The notes beneath the pieces were generated by a model. It was given only the letters and a program-made list of their open reading frames with translations, searched no databases and was not told the origin of the DNA. A stretch of 64,000 nt of DNA, from the NCBI GenBank assembly GCA_041664585.1, contig JBAYKL010000001.1, forward strand, positions 4,592 to 68,591, in the 5' to 3' direction. Positions 39,216 through 49,437 of the stretch are shown here, piece by piece. A program made the translations under genes and the position numbers. Source of the stretch: Minisyncoccota bacterium (GTDB lineage Bacteria; Patescibacteriota; Minisyncoccia; Phycocordibacterales; GWA1-40-21). Each line of letters begins with the position of its first letter. Positions within the stretch are counted from its first letter, which is position 1.

Positions 39216-40019
39216 ATGCATATTTTTGATTCAATCATTTTAGGAATAGTCCAAGGTCTAACAGAATTTTTACCAATATCTTCTTCTGGACATTTGATAA
39301 TTGCTAGAGATATTTTAGGTTGGAATAGTTCAAATAGTCTCTCTTTTGATGCCGTACTTCAATTGGCTACAGCTCTAGCTTTAGTTGTTTATTTCTGGAA
39401 AGATATACTTAGACTTATAAAAACATTCTTTGCTTTAGTTTTCAGAAAGACAGTAGAACACAAAGATACAGTTTTAATTTTTGCAATTATTATCGGTACT
39501 ATCCCAGCACTTATACTAGGATTACTCTTAGAAAAATACATGGAAACTATTTTCCGAAGTGCAGGGCTTGTTGCTTTGATTTTGATTATCGGAAGTATTG
39601 TAATGTATTTTGCAGAAAAACTAGCGAAACAAAATAATAATTTAAATATTAAAAAAGGATTTTGGATTGGGTGTTTCCAGTGTCTTGCACTGGTCCCTGG
39701 TTTTTCTCGTTCTGGTGCAACTATTTCTGGAGGATTATTTTTAGGATTAAATAGAGAAGATGCTGCTAGATTCAGCTTCTTACTCTCAATACCTATAATA
39801 TTAGGATCAGGACTAAAGAAATTATTGGATTTGTTCCAATCTGGCTTTGTTTTGGATTCTGGTATAAGTTTACTGGTTGCTTCCGTCACGGCTTTTGTAG
39901 TCGGTATTTTGGCTATAGGCTTTTTGATGAAATATCTAAAAAAACATTCTCTCAATATATTCATCTGGTATAGGGTTATACTGGCCATCTTTGTTTTAGC
40001 CTTTATATACTTAGTCTAA
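39216..40019 (+). CDS. uppP: undecaprenyl-diphosphatase
   Basis: QGLTEFLPISSSGHL, PGFSRSGAT, AARFSFLL. Confidence 0.96.
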   Translation: MHIFDSIILGIVQGLTEFLPISSSGHLIIARDILGWNSSNSLSFDAVLQLATALALVVYFWKDILRLIKTFFALVFRKTVEHKDTVLIFAIIIGTIPALILGLLLEKYMETIFRSAGLVALILIIGSIVMYFAEKLAKQNNNLNIKKGFWIGCFQCLALVPGFSRSGATISGGLFLGLNREDAARFSFLLSIPIILGSGLKKLLDLFQSGFVLDSGISLLVASVTAFVVGILAIGFLMKYLKKHSLNIFIWYRVILAIFVLAFIYLV

Positions 40020-40063
40020 AAAAGACTTGCGAAAAATCTTGTTTTCGTGTAATATATTGGCTT

Positions 40064-40381
40064 ATGGAATTCGCAGTAATAAAAACAGGAGGAAAACAAT
40101 ACAAAGTTTCAAAAGGTGACACCCTAAAGGTGGAAAAGCTTATTGGAACATATAAGGAAGGCGATAAAATCGTTTTTGATAAAGTATTACTTGTCGACAA
40201 CGGCAAAGATACAACTATCGGAATGCCTTTCATAGATGGTGCCTCAGTTGAAGCTACTCTAGTAAAATCAGCTAAAAGACCTACAGTTACAGTCATCCAC
40301 TACAAACAAAAGAGCAGATACTTCAAGAAAAATGGTCACAGACAGCCTTACTTCGAAGTCAAAATAGATTCAATTAAATAA
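40064..40381 (+). CDS. rplU: 50S ribosomal protein L21
   Basis: FAVIKTGGKQYKV, GHRQ. Confidence 0.96.
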   Translation: MEFAVIKTGGKQYKVSKGDTLKVEKLIGTYKEGDKIVFDKVLLVDNGKDTTIGMPFIDGASVEATLVKSAKRPTVTVIHYKQKSRYFKKNGHRQPYFEVKIDSIK

Positions 40382-40385
40382 TTTT

Positions 40386-40423
40386 AAAGTCCCCGAGAAT
40401 AAACATCTCGGGGACTTTTCTTT
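40386..40423 (+). terminator. terminator after rplU
   Basis: AAAGTCCCCGAGA...TCTCGGGGACTTT. Confidence 0.8.
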
Positions 40424-40469
40424 TATGTGATATGATTAGTTTAATTATTAAAATTAATAGAAAAAACAA

Positions 40470-42131
40470 ATGAAGAAAAGAGCCCATAAGTATATCTTTG
40501 TAATCGGAGGTGTTATGTCAGGAGTCGGTAAAGGTATCACTACTTCGTCTATTGGGGCCCTTCTTCAAGCAAAAGGTTTTGGTGTAAATCTATTAAAAGT
40601 TGATCCATATTTAAATGTAGACGCGGGAACAATGAATCCTACTGAACACGGAGAAGTTTTTGTATTAAATTCTGGACTTGAGACAGATCAAGATATGGGA
40701 AATTATGAAAGATTTTTAAATCGCGATCTTACAGGAGACGACTATATTACTTCTGGTATGGTTTACAAACATGTTATAGAAGCAGAAAGAGCCCTTAAGT
40801 ACGGTGGTCATTGTGTTGAAGCTATTCCACATATAAGAGATGAAATAATTCATAGATTTGAAAAGTCAGCGAAAGTAAATAAATCAGATATTACGGTTGT
40901 AGAAATCGGTGGAACAATTGGCGACTATCAAAACATTATGTTTATAGAAGCTGCTCGTGTAATGAAGGTAAGGTATCCAAATGATGTTGCTTTTGTGATG
41001 GTCAGCTTTATGCCTATACCTCATACTCTTGGTGAGATGAAATCCAAGCCAACTCAAAATGCTTTGAGACAACTTAATTCATACGGAGTAAATGCAGATA
41101 TTATCATCGCAAGAAGCGAAACTCCTATGGATCACAAGAGAAAAGAAAAGATTGCTGTATCTTGTAGTTTACCAGTAGAAAATATTATATCTGCACCGGA
41201 CATAGAAAGTGTTTTTGACGTTCCAATAAATTTTGAGAAGGATAATATAAGCAAAATACTTTTGAAGCTTCTACACTTGAGAGAAAAGAAAAATACACCA
41301 GGTATAGGAGAATGGATTAAGTTTGCTAATAGTGTAAAGAATACAAAAGATACAGTAGACATAGCCATTGTCGGAAAGTATTTCAATACCGGAGACTTTG
41401 TTCTTACAGATGCATATGTTTCTGTGCTTGAAGCTATAAAATACTCTGCATATAAGCTAGGTAGAAAAGCAAAAATACATACTGTAAATTCTAGAGACTT
41501 TGAGAAGGCTGATTTGAAGGCTTCTGATTTTAAAACATTAGACAAATATGATGGAATCATTGTCCCTGGAGGTTTTGGAGAATCTGGGATAGAAGGGAAG
41601 CTTGCTGTTATAAAATATGCTAGAGAAAAAAAGATTCCTTATTTTGGACTTTGTTATGGTATGCAACTTATGGTCATAGAATATGCAAGAAATGTTCTTG
41701 GACTTAAAGATGCAAACACCGCTGAAATAAATATAAATTCAAATTCTCTTGTTATAGACATAATGCCTGATCAAAAGAAAAAGCTTGAAGAATTAAATTA
41801 TGGTGGAAGTATGAGGCTCGGTTCATATAACGCGCATATTGAAAAAGGTACAGTAGCTTATGAAGCTTACAAACAAGAAATAGTTCAAGAAAGACATAGA
41901 CATAGATATGAAGTAAATCCTGAATTTATAAAAAAGATTACAGATGCGGGACTAGTATTTTCTGGTAAATCTCCAAATGGTGTTCTTATGGAAATAGCAG
42001 AATTACCTAAAAAGGTTCACCCGTTTTTCTTGGGTACACAATTCCATCCAGAATTTTTGGCTAGACCACTTGCTCCACATCCACTTTTTACGGAGTTTAT
42101 AAGGGAGGCGATAAAGAGAAGGAATAAATAG
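40470..42131 (+). CDS. pyrG: CTP synthase
   Basis: GGVMSGVGKG, DPYLNVDAGTM, GLCYGMQ, ERHRHRYE, QFHPE. Confidence 0.98.
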   Translation: MKKRAHKYIFVIGGVMSGVGKGITTSSIGALLQAKGFGVNLLKVDPYLNVDAGTMNPTEHGEVFVLNSGLETDQDMGNYERFLNRDLTGDDYITSGMVYKHVIEAERALKYGGHCVEAIPHIRDEIIHRFEKSAKVNKSDITVVEIGGTIGDYQNIMFIEAARVMKVRYPNDVAFVMVSFMPIPHTLGEMKSKPTQNALRQLNSYGVNADIIIARSETPMDHKRKEKIAVSCSLPVENIISAPDIESVFDVPINFEKDNISKILLKLLHLREKKNTPGIGEWIKFANSVKNTKDTVDIAIVGKYFNTGDFVLTDAYVSVLEAIKYSAYKLGRKAKIHTVNSRDFEKADLKASDFKTLDKYDGIIVPGGFGESGIEGKLAVIKYAREKKIPYFGLCYGMQLMVIEYARNVLGLKDANTAEININSNSLVIDIMPDQKKKLEELNYGGSMRLGSYNAHIEKGTVAYEAYKQEIVQERHRHRYEVNPEFIKKITDAGLVFSGKSPNGVLMEIAELPKKVHPFFLGTQFHPEFLARPLAPHPLFTEFIREAIKRRNK

Positions 42132-42136
42132 AAAAT

Positions 42137-42748
42137 ATGATTTTAGATTATATAGATAATATTATTATAGATGTTAAATCACCCCCTGTAGATAACTTAC
42201 ATGCAATAAAATATTTACAGGATGGAATAATTTTTTTAGCAAATTATACTAAGCAATTAGAAGATTCTGTTATGGCTAAAAAACTAAATCCGGAATTTTA
42301 CAAAGATTTTTCTGGTGCAGAAAGTAATTTATTAGCTAACATATATAACTGGTTCGCTGTTTCAATAATTAGTTATTTACGTTCAATTGCGACTCTAGAT
42401 TACATGGGTAAAAATAATGTTAGCATAAATAATCTAAGTAATTTTAAAGGGGAATTAAAAGAATATACTTGTGAATATATTAAAAAAGTTGTACCAGAAA
42501 TATATGAATGGAGAAATAAAGTCGGTGGACATTTTGCTATAACAGATCCTAAAGACGACAGCCCTTCAACCTTAGAAGCTAGTTTTTTTAATAATATCTC
42601 TTTTGAAAAAGGGCGTTCTTATGCCGGGTCATTAAAATGGGGAGAATCTAAATTACCGAAGTGGTCTCTTGTTAAAGAGTTTGAAGAAAAACTAGTCCCA
42701 AGATATTGGCCAAACATTACTTGTGGTGACGATGGTGACAAAAAATAA
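42137..42748 (+). CDS. hypothetical protein, possible HEPN-like
   Basis: 203-aa helical-looking ORF containing WRNKVGGH (Rx5H). Confidence 0.6.
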   Translation: MILDYIDNIIIDVKSPPVDNLHAIKYLQDGIIFLANYTKQLEDSVMAKKLNPEFYKDFSGAESNLLANIYNWFAVSIISYLRSIATLDYMGKNNVSINNLSNFKGELKEYTCEYIKKVVPEIYEWRNKVGGHFAITDPKDDSPSTLEASFFNNISFEKGRSYAGSLKWGESKLPKWSLVKEFEEKLVPRYWPNITCGDDGDKK

Positions 42749-42749
42749 T

Positions 42750-43370
42750 TTATCTCCTATTCCTCAACGCATTTTTAATAGTCTCTGGATCAGAATATTC
42801 CAATTCTGCACCAGTAGAAAGTCCGCGTCCTAGCTCATCTACTTTAATATTATATTTTTCTGTAAGAGGGGAAAGAGCTTTTTTCAAATATTCTGCTGTA
42901 TATTCTCCTTCTGAATTAGCATCAAGGCCAAGTATTATTTCCTTAAGACCTTTCTCTGCGTTTCTACTTACAAAAGAGATTAATTCTTTAAGCCTAATTT
43001 TCGTCTCTGGGCTTTTGTCTAATATTGGTATTAAGCCGCCCAAAACAAAATATCTACCATCAAATGAATGGCTTTTTTCTATATTTTCCAAATCAACATC
43101 TTGGCCGACGATCATAAGCTGAGATATATCTCTATGAGAATCAGAGCAAATATTACAAATATTATTTGTACCGTTTTCGTGTTTAGCGAAATATCTTTTA
43201 CACTCCTGACACATTTCTATTTCACTTCTTAATTCAGAAATTTCTTTTTTAAATTCTTCTATATATCCAGAATGTCTGGTAATGAGAAAATATACAAACC
43301 TTCTGGCTTGTTTGGGACCAATACCAGGGAAGTCTGAAAATATTTTTATTAATCTATCAATTGAGTTCAT
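42750..43370 (-). CDS. recR: recombination mediator RecR
   Basis: FPGIGPKQARR, C4 zinc finger, YFVLGG, TOPRIM EGEYTA, ELEYSD. Confidence 0.95.
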   Translation of the reverse strand: MNSIDRLIKIFSDFPGIGPKQARRFVYFLITRHSGYIEEFKKEISELRSEIEMCQECKRYFAKHENGTNNICNICSDSHRDISQLMIVGQDVDLENIEKSHSFDGRYFVLGGLIPILDKSPETKIRLKELISFVSRNAEKGLKEIILGLDANSEGEYTAEYLKKALSPLTEKYNIKVDELGRGLSTGAELEYSDPETIKNALRNRR

Positions 43371-43375
43371 AAATT

Positions 43376-44752
43376 TTAGAATCCTCCATCTCCATTAAAT
43401 TCCCCAAAATCATTTTTGTCCATAGAAAGGAAAGAAGATTTGTCTGCGTCGAAGTATAGTTCTACTTTACCAGTAGGTCCGTTTCTGTGCTTTTCAATCA
43501 TTATTTCAGTGATTTGTTTCTTACCTGCGCCATCGTCATTTTGTTCTCTGTGGATGAACATAACAACATCGGCATCCTGCTCAATAGAACCAGAATCTCT
43601 AAGGTCAGAAAGTCTTGGTTTACCTCCTCTTTGTTCCACCGCACGAGAAAGCTGTGAAAGAGCAATGACAGGAATATCAAATTCTTTTGCTAATTGTTTG
43701 AGAGATCTGGAAATTTCAGTGATTTGTTGCACTATGTTGTCATTATTCTTGCTTTGTACTGGAGTCATAAGCTGTAAGTAGTCGATGACAACAAGTCCAA
43801 GCTTCTTTTCATGTTTTAATCTTCTTACAACAGAACGAATCTTAAGAATATTATTTGCTGCTTGATCATCTATGAAAATTGGAGCTTTTGAAAGTGGCTC
43901 AAGACAAGAGCGAATTTTTTCAAATTCTGTATCAAGAGTAAGCTTACCCGTCCTTAATTTCCATGCATCAACTTTTGATTCAGCAGAGAGCATTCTGTCT
44001 ACGAGTTGTTGGGTGCTCATTTCAAGAGAGAAGATAGCTGTAGGAATATTGTGTCTTATGGCAGCGTTTCTTACAAAGTCTAATGCAAGGGAAGTCTTAC
44101 CAACAGATGGTCTAGCTGCGAGAATAATAAGGTCTGAGTTTTGAAAACCAGAAAGTTTATTATCAAGATCTTTGAAACCAGAAGGTACCCCACGAATTTC
44201 TCCTTGAGTTTTGTGTAGTCTATCAAGTCTATCCATTGCTTCTCCAAGAACATCTTTCATCTCTACAAATTTTCCTGAAAGATTTGTACTTGTGACCTCG
44301 TACATCTTCTTCTCTGCTTTGTCTAGAAGTTCTGGAAGTTCATGGGTCTCATCATATCCGAGACCAGCGATATGCTCAGCCGCCTCTATCAAGCGTCTCA
44401 TCGTATGCTTTTTGTTTACTATATCTCCATAGTGTTCAGCGTTTGAAGAAGAAGGTACAGAATTTGCAAGTTCTGTAAGATATGACATTCCACCAATTCT
44501 ATCTAGTTCATTTCTTTCTTTTAGGAAAGAGGAAATTGTAAGTAAATCAATCGGCTCTCTACGGTTATAAAGTTCTGCCATCGCAGAAAAAATAGTTTTG
44601 TGCTTTTCTACATAGAAAGCTTCCTGACGAATCATATCCATTATTTCAGGAAGTGCTTCAGGACGAAGCATAATAGAACCGATAAGGGCTCTTTCAGAAT
44701 CAATATTCTGAGGTGGGATTCTTATATTCATCTTTTTATAATCTCCGGACAT
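43376..44752 (-). CDS. dnaB: replicative DNA helicase
   Basis: AARPSVGKT, FSLEMS, IDYLQL, LSQLSR, DLRDSGSIEQDAD. Confidence 0.98.
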   Translation of the reverse strand: MSGDYKKMNIRIPPQNIDSERALIGSIMLRPEALPEIMDMIRQEAFYVEKHKTIFSAMAELYNRREPIDLLTISSFLKERNELDRIGGMSYLTELANSVPSSSNAEHYGDIVNKKHTMRRLIEAAEHIAGLGYDETHELPELLDKAEKKMYEVTSTNLSGKFVEMKDVLGEAMDRLDRLHKTQGEIRGVPSGFKDLDNKLSGFQNSDLIILAARPSVGKTSLALDFVRNAAIRHNIPTAIFSLEMSTQQLVDRMLSAESKVDAWKLRTGKLTLDTEFEKIRSCLEPLSKAPIFIDDQAANNILKIRSVVRRLKHEKKLGLVVIDYLQLMTPVQSKNNDNIVQQITEISRSLKQLAKEFDIPVIALSQLSRAVEQRGGKPRLSDLRDSGSIEQDADVVMFIHREQNDDGAGKKQITEIMIEKHRNGPTGKVELYFDADKSSFLSMDKNDFGEFNGDGGF

Positions 44753-44831
44753 AAAGGCATTTTATCATTAAAATTTATAAAGCCGCAATAGATAAAAAGC
44801 GTATAAAATGTGAGTAATTTGTGGAGAAGTG

Positions 44832-44861
44832 AAAAGGGCGTTCGCAAAGCGAACGCCCCCA
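44832..44861 (-). terminator. terminator after cysS
   Basis: AAAAGGGCGTTCGC-AAA-GCGAACGCCC. Confidence 0.7.
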
Positions 44862-44864
44862 TTC

Positions 44865-46289
44865 TTATATTTTCTTAATTTCTATCCCTTCCGCCGTATC
44901 CTTTACTTCATATCCCAATTCCTTTATTTTATCTCTCAATTCATCAGATTTTGCCCAGTCTTTGCCTTTTCTAGCTTGAGTTCTCTCGTCTACGAGTCTC
45001 TGTACTTCATCTGGTATTTTATCTGCTTTTGTTTCTTTTGTATTATTTTTAAACTCCAGACCTAACACCTCATCAAAATCATACACAGTAGCCAATTTAT
45101 CTTCTTTAGAAATTTCAGACTTCAACATTTCATTTAATACAGCAAGAGCTTGAGACATATTGAGATCGTCATTTATTGCTAACATAAATCTATCTCTCCA
45201 TTCTGTATTTACCTTACCAACTTTAGTTCCAAGATTTGAAATTTTTGAATATAAATTATCTAAGCCTTGTTTGGCAGAGGCGATATTTTCACCCCATTCC
45301 ATTGGCTTTCTGTAATGTGTAGAGAAGGTTGCAAAACGATATACGAGTGGGGAAGAGCCTTTTTCTATAAAGGTATTATTTAGAGTAATTTTGTCACCAG
45401 AACTCTTTGCCATCTTTTTACCATCGCTCATATTAAGAAAGCCTCCGTGAATCCAGAAATTAACCCATGGTTTTTTATCTGTCGCAGCTTCAGTTTGTGC
45501 TATTTCATTTGTATGATGAAGACTTATAGCGTCAGTAGCTCCACAATGTATATCAAATTGTTCACCCAAGTATTTCACACTCATAGCAGAACATTCTATG
45601 TGCCAACCAGGGAAGCCAACACCCCAAGGGCTTTGCCATTCCATTTGTCTTTTTTCTTCTGGTTTTGAGAATTTCCAAAGCGCGAAATCAGTAGGATTTC
45701 TTTTCTCATCATTTATTTCTACACGAGCACCTTCTCTAAGAGCTTCAAGATTTTGACCAGAGAGTTTTGTGTAGTCAGATACTTTTGATGTATCGAAATA
45801 TATTCCGTCTGTTGTTTTGTAGGTAAAACCTTTTTTTTCTAAGGTTTGTATCATTTCGATCTGCTCTTTTATGTTGTCAGTTGCCTTACAAAAAGTATTT
45901 GGGAAAATAATATTAAGATTTTTGATATCTTCCTTAAAGATTTTTGTGTAGAAATCAGCAATTTCCCAAGCGGTTTTACCTGTTTTTTGTGCCTCTCTTT
46001 CTACCTTATCCTCACCCATATCTCTATCATTTGTAAGGTGTCCGACATCAGTAATATTCATTATATGATTTACTTTGTATCCGTTTTTCTGTAATACACG
46101 CTTAAGAACATCTTCAAAAACATATGTTCGAAGATTGCCTAAGTGTGGATACCCGTATACAGTAGGTCCACAAGTGTACATTCCTACATAACCTTTTTTA
46201 ATACTTCTAAATTCTTCTTTTGTTCTTGAGAGGGTGTTGTAGAGAAATATTGTTTTGTTTTCTGTTTTTTTAAAAAGTTTTGAGAACAT
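44865..46289 (-). CDS. cysS: cysteinyl-tRNA synthetase
   Basis: YTCGPTVY, HLGN, PGWHIECS, KMAKS; ATG 46289 avoids overlap with corA (46301 is an alternative). Confidence 0.96.
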   Translation of the reverse strand: MFSKLFKKTENKTIFLYNTLSRTKEEFRSIKKGYVGMYTCGPTVYGYPHLGNLRTYVFEDVLKRVLQKNGYKVNHIMNITDVGHLTNDRDMGEDKVEREAQKTGKTAWEIADFYTKIFKEDIKNLNIIFPNTFCKATDNIKEQIEMIQTLEKKGFTYKTTDGIYFDTSKVSDYTKLSGQNLEALREGARVEINDEKRNPTDFALWKFSKPEEKRQMEWQSPWGVGFPGWHIECSAMSVKYLGEQFDIHCGATDAISLHHTNEIAQTEAATDKKPWVNFWIHGGFLNMSDGKKMAKSSGDKITLNNTFIEKGSSPLVYRFATFSTHYRKPMEWGENIASAKQGLDNLYSKISNLGTKVGKVNTEWRDRFMLAINDDLNMSQALAVLNEMLKSEISKEDKLATVYDFDEVLGLEFKNNTKETKADKIPDEVQRLVDERTQARKGKDWAKSDELRDKIKELGYEVKDTAEGIEIKKI

Positions 46290-46291
46290 AT

Positions 46292-47209
46292 TTATAGCCA
46301 TTTTTTAATCTTTGCAAAAATAAATAACGCGATCATCGCACACAATTCAACGGAAACAATTATGCCCCAGTCATTATTTGAACCAATAAGCGGTGTACCA
46401 GATGTATTCATTTGGAATAGACCCGTGATGATAGTAAAAGGAAGAGCAAGAAAAGCGATGATAGTAAGAGTCTTCATGATCTCGTTCTGTTTAGTGTTTA
46501 ATAGGGAGTCGTTTGTGCCACGAATTTCTTTCAAGAATTCCGTGCTTTGTGTTAGAAGATCTTGAATTCTATAATATTCGTTTAAAATTTTATCGCAATT
46601 TTCTTTGAAATTAGCATCGAATATCTTTTCTCCAGCTTCTGCTAGGCTTTCTAAGATTTGTTGATGAGTTTTTGTTGTGTGATTCAAGTGTAAAAGATCT
46701 TTGTTTATTTTTGAAATAGAAAAGACCATTTCTTTTTCTTTTCCTTCAAAAACCTTTCCTTTGATATCTTTAATAGCATCATTAATTGCATCCACTTCGT
46801 CACCGATGTTTTTATATAATTCTTTTATTATGTAATACAAAACATATCCAGCATGGTCTTCCATCAAATGCTTATCCAAAATAGTGTTAACCTCAAAGAG
46901 TTTTTCAAATCTTTCTAATGCATCAATATTTTCATATCTTGTAGTGATTATAAATTCTTTCCCTACAACAAAATCTATTTCCTGATCAATATCATCCTTG
47001 GCACTTGAATGATTTAAGGCAGGGAAGTGCATTACTAAGTATAGATAATTTGGTTGTGCAACGATCTTTTCTTTATATGTAGGTAGGTGTAAATCTCTTA
47101 CAACAGATGGATCTAAAGAATATTCTTGCATCAAACCCTGTAGCTCTTCTCTCTGTGGGGTTTCTGCATCTATCCAAGTAATTGTTTTGTTTGTGTATCT
47201 TTTAATCAT
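46292..47209 (-). CDS. corA: CorA-family divalent cation transporter
   Basis: TWID, NEIMKTLTI, two C-terminal TMs; FQMN in place of GMN. Confidence 0.85.
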   Translation of the reverse strand: MIKRYTNKTITWIDAETPQREELQGLMQEYSLDPSVVRDLHLPTYKEKIVAQPNYLYLVMHFPALNHSSAKDDIDQEIDFVVGKEFIITTRYENIDALERFEKLFEVNTILDKHLMEDHAGYVLYYIIKELYKNIGDEVDAINDAIKDIKGKVFEGKEKEMVFSISKINKDLLHLNHTTKTHQQILESLAEAGEKIFDANFKENCDKILNEYYRIQDLLTQSTEFLKEIRGTNDSLLNTKQNEIMKTLTIIAFLALPFTIITGLFQMNTSGTPLIGSNNDWGIIVSVELCAMIALFIFAKIKKWL

Positions 47210-47342
47210 TTTAAAGACGTATTAATTTAATATTACTAAAATTATACCTTTTTAGTGAGATGATAACAAGGAATACTTCTACCCTAGTAAAATAGTTTGA
47301 CAATAAATATTGCACTGTGTTATAATATAAAAGGAGGTGGAA

Positions 47343-47633
47343 ATGATTAAAATCAATAATTCAAATGGAGAATCAATTACAGTAGAAACTGAAAAGATTC
47401 TCAGATTTATTAGGGATGATAAAAACAGTGATTTTTTTGTAGATAACGCCTTGTTAAACTATTCTTTTAGCGAGGTTGGTTTATTGACAACAGAAATCAC
47501 TACAAGCGAAAATACTATAATTTTAAATCACGGACTTGGAGTACAGATTTCCTGTTTTGGTCCGGAGTATGAAATTTTTAGGTTAGTTTTCGCTATCTTG
47601 ATAATAAGAGAAAAAAACTTAAGCTTAATATAG
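47343..47633 (+). CDS. hypothetical protein (accessory cassette)
   Basis: TTGACA (47297), 18 nt, TATAAT; AAGGAGGT SD; hairpin GCCAACAC/GTGTTGGC+T downstream. Confidence 0.65.
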   Translation: MIKINNSNGESITVETEKILRFIRDDKNSDFFVDNALLNYSFSEVGLLTTEITTSENTIILNHGLGVQISCFGPEYEIFRLVFAILIIREKNLSLI

Positions 47634-47713
47634 GATCTCGGTAACTGCCAACACTTAATGTGTTGGCTTTTTTAAATTGACCTTATATCCAATCTTTGAG
47701 ATAATTGTCTGTA

Positions 47714-48952
47714 ATGAATAAAAATAAATTAATATTCGGCAAGTTTTTAGTAATTTTCTCCGTAATTATATTGATATCTTTTGGTGTTGGAGTATATTTC
47801 GGTAGTTCCTTTATTTCAAAAACTAATGAAAAAATTGTTTTTGTAAGTAACTCAACAAATTCAGATACATCTACAAGTTCTGTAAATCTCAAACCTTTCT
47901 GGGATGCTTGGAAAATTCTAGATAACAAATTTGTACCTACGGTAAAAGCTTCTAAGGTTATAGATAACCAAGAGAAAGTTTGGGGTGCTATAAAAGGTTT
48001 AGCCTCACAATACGGCGATCCATACACAGTATTTATGCCACCAGAAGATAGCAAAATGTTTGAGAGTGACATAAGCGGAAATTTTGAAGGTGTTGGTATG
48101 GAAATTGGTATGAAGGATAACCAAATGGTTGTTGTTTCTCCTCTAAAGGGTACACCGGCATACAATGCTGGAGTAAAAGCAGGTGATTTTATTCTTTCAA
48201 TCGATGATGTAAAGACAGATAGTATGGCTGTAGATAATGCAGTAAAACTTATACGTGGTAAAGCTAACACTCAAGTAAGTATTAAATTTGCTAGAGAAGG
48301 AAAGACGGAACCTTTTGTTATAAAAATCACAAGAGGAATAATAAATGTACCAACACTTGAAACAGAAAAGAAAGGAGATATTTTTGTAATAAAACTTTAT
48401 AACTTCTATGCTCCAGCTTCAAACGCCTTCAGAGGTGCACTTAGAGAATTTATAGAATCAGGAACACATAAACTTATATTAGATTTACGTGGTAACCCAG
48501 GAGGATATCTTGAATCGGCTGTGGATATGTCCAGTTTCTTTTTGCCAGTAGGTAAAGTTGTTGTAAGTGAATCATTTGGAGGTAAACAAAATGATGTGAT
48601 TTATAGAAGTAAGGGCTATGATATTTTCAACGATACACTTAGGATGGTAATTCTTGTAGATGGAGGTTCGGCTTCAGCTTCAGAAATTCTTGCTGGTGCA
48701 TTAAAAGAACAAGGTGTTGCAAAACTTGTGGGAACAAAAACTTTTGGTAAAGGTTCAGTACAAGAGCTTATCAAACTCACACCAGACACTTCACTTAAGG
48801 TAACAATAGCAAAGTGGCTTACACCGAAAGGTAATTCTATTTCAGAAGGAGGTCTTACTCCAGATTATGAAGTAAAATTTACAGCTAAGGATCTAACAGA
48901 CAAAAAAGATTCACAAATGGAGAAGGCTGTAGAAGTGGTTAATGGTTTGTAA
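47714..48952 (+). CDS. ctpA: S41 C-terminal processing peptidase with PDZ domain
   Basis: GDPYT, GVGMEI, LDLRGNPGG, SASASEI, TFGKGSVQ. Confidence 0.93.
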   Translation: MNKNKLIFGKFLVIFSVIILISFGVGVYFGSSFISKTNEKIVFVSNSTNSDTSTSSVNLKPFWDAWKILDNKFVPTVKASKVIDNQEKVWGAIKGLASQYGDPYTVFMPPEDSKMFESDISGNFEGVGMEIGMKDNQMVVVSPLKGTPAYNAGVKAGDFILSIDDVKTDSMAVDNAVKLIRGKANTQVSIKFAREGKTEPFVIKITRGIINVPTLETEKKGDIFVIKLYNFYAPASNAFRGALREFIESGTHKLILDLRGNPGGYLESAVDMSSFFLPVGKVVVSESFGGKQNDVIYRSKGYDIFNDTLRMVILVDGGSASASEILAGALKEQGVAKLVGTKTFGKGSVQELIKLTPDTSLKVTIAKWLTPKGNSISEGGLTPDYEVKFTAKDLTDKKDSQMEKAVEVVNGL

Positions 48953-48968
48953 ATAAAAAACCGCACCT

Positions 48969-49316
48969 TTATGGGGTGCGGTTTGTCCATACTTTTTTGT
49001 ACGGATCAATTCCTTGTGCTTCGGAACGACCGTCACAATCAGGGCAAATATTGTTCACGAGATGTCTTAATTGCGTCACCGCCATACACATTTTACAACG
49101 TTTAGCGTGATCGTTTTGAAGCATACAGTCGTCATCACAATAGGCATTTCCGCCCCAACGAGATTCAATATGAGCTTCGATTGGTCTATAAGGAAATATA
49201 GAACGTGCCTCGAGCTTATTTCTCATCTGTCGGACAAGAACTTTGATCTTTTTGCCATCATTATCAATCTGTTCCTCAAACAAAGGAGAAACAGTAGCTT
49301 CTACTTGAGTGGTCAT
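48969..49316 (-). CDS. hypothetical Cys-rich (putative Zn-binding) protein (accessory cassette)
   Basis: CDDDC, CKMC, CPDC; AAAGGAG SD; TTGACA-17-TATTCT; stop sits in the loop of hairpin 48955-48984. Confidence 0.7.
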   Translation of the reverse strand: MTTQVEATVSPLFEEQIDNDGKKIKVLVRQMRNKLEARSIFPYRPIEAHIESRWGGNAYCDDDCMLQNDHAKRCKMCMAVTQLRHLVNNICPDCDGRSEAQGIDPYKKVWTNRTP

Positions 49317-49437
49317 TTTGTTATCTCCTTTCTTGGTTTTTAGTTAACATCAATGAACTATTGTATATAAAGAATATCTACCTTTTATTAAGCTGTCAAG
49401 CCTATCATAAATTCACGACTTATATTATGATTAATTT

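Noticed and set aside
39389-39988. 199-aa antisense ORF over uppP (likewise 47683-48270 over ctpA and 9990-10547 over yqeY)
   Set aside because: Antisense mirror of a conserved gene caused by codon bias; no independent signals
44820-44828. DnaA-box-like TGTGGAGAA upstream of dnaB as an origin
   Set aside because: Single mismatched box, no cluster and no dnaA nearby
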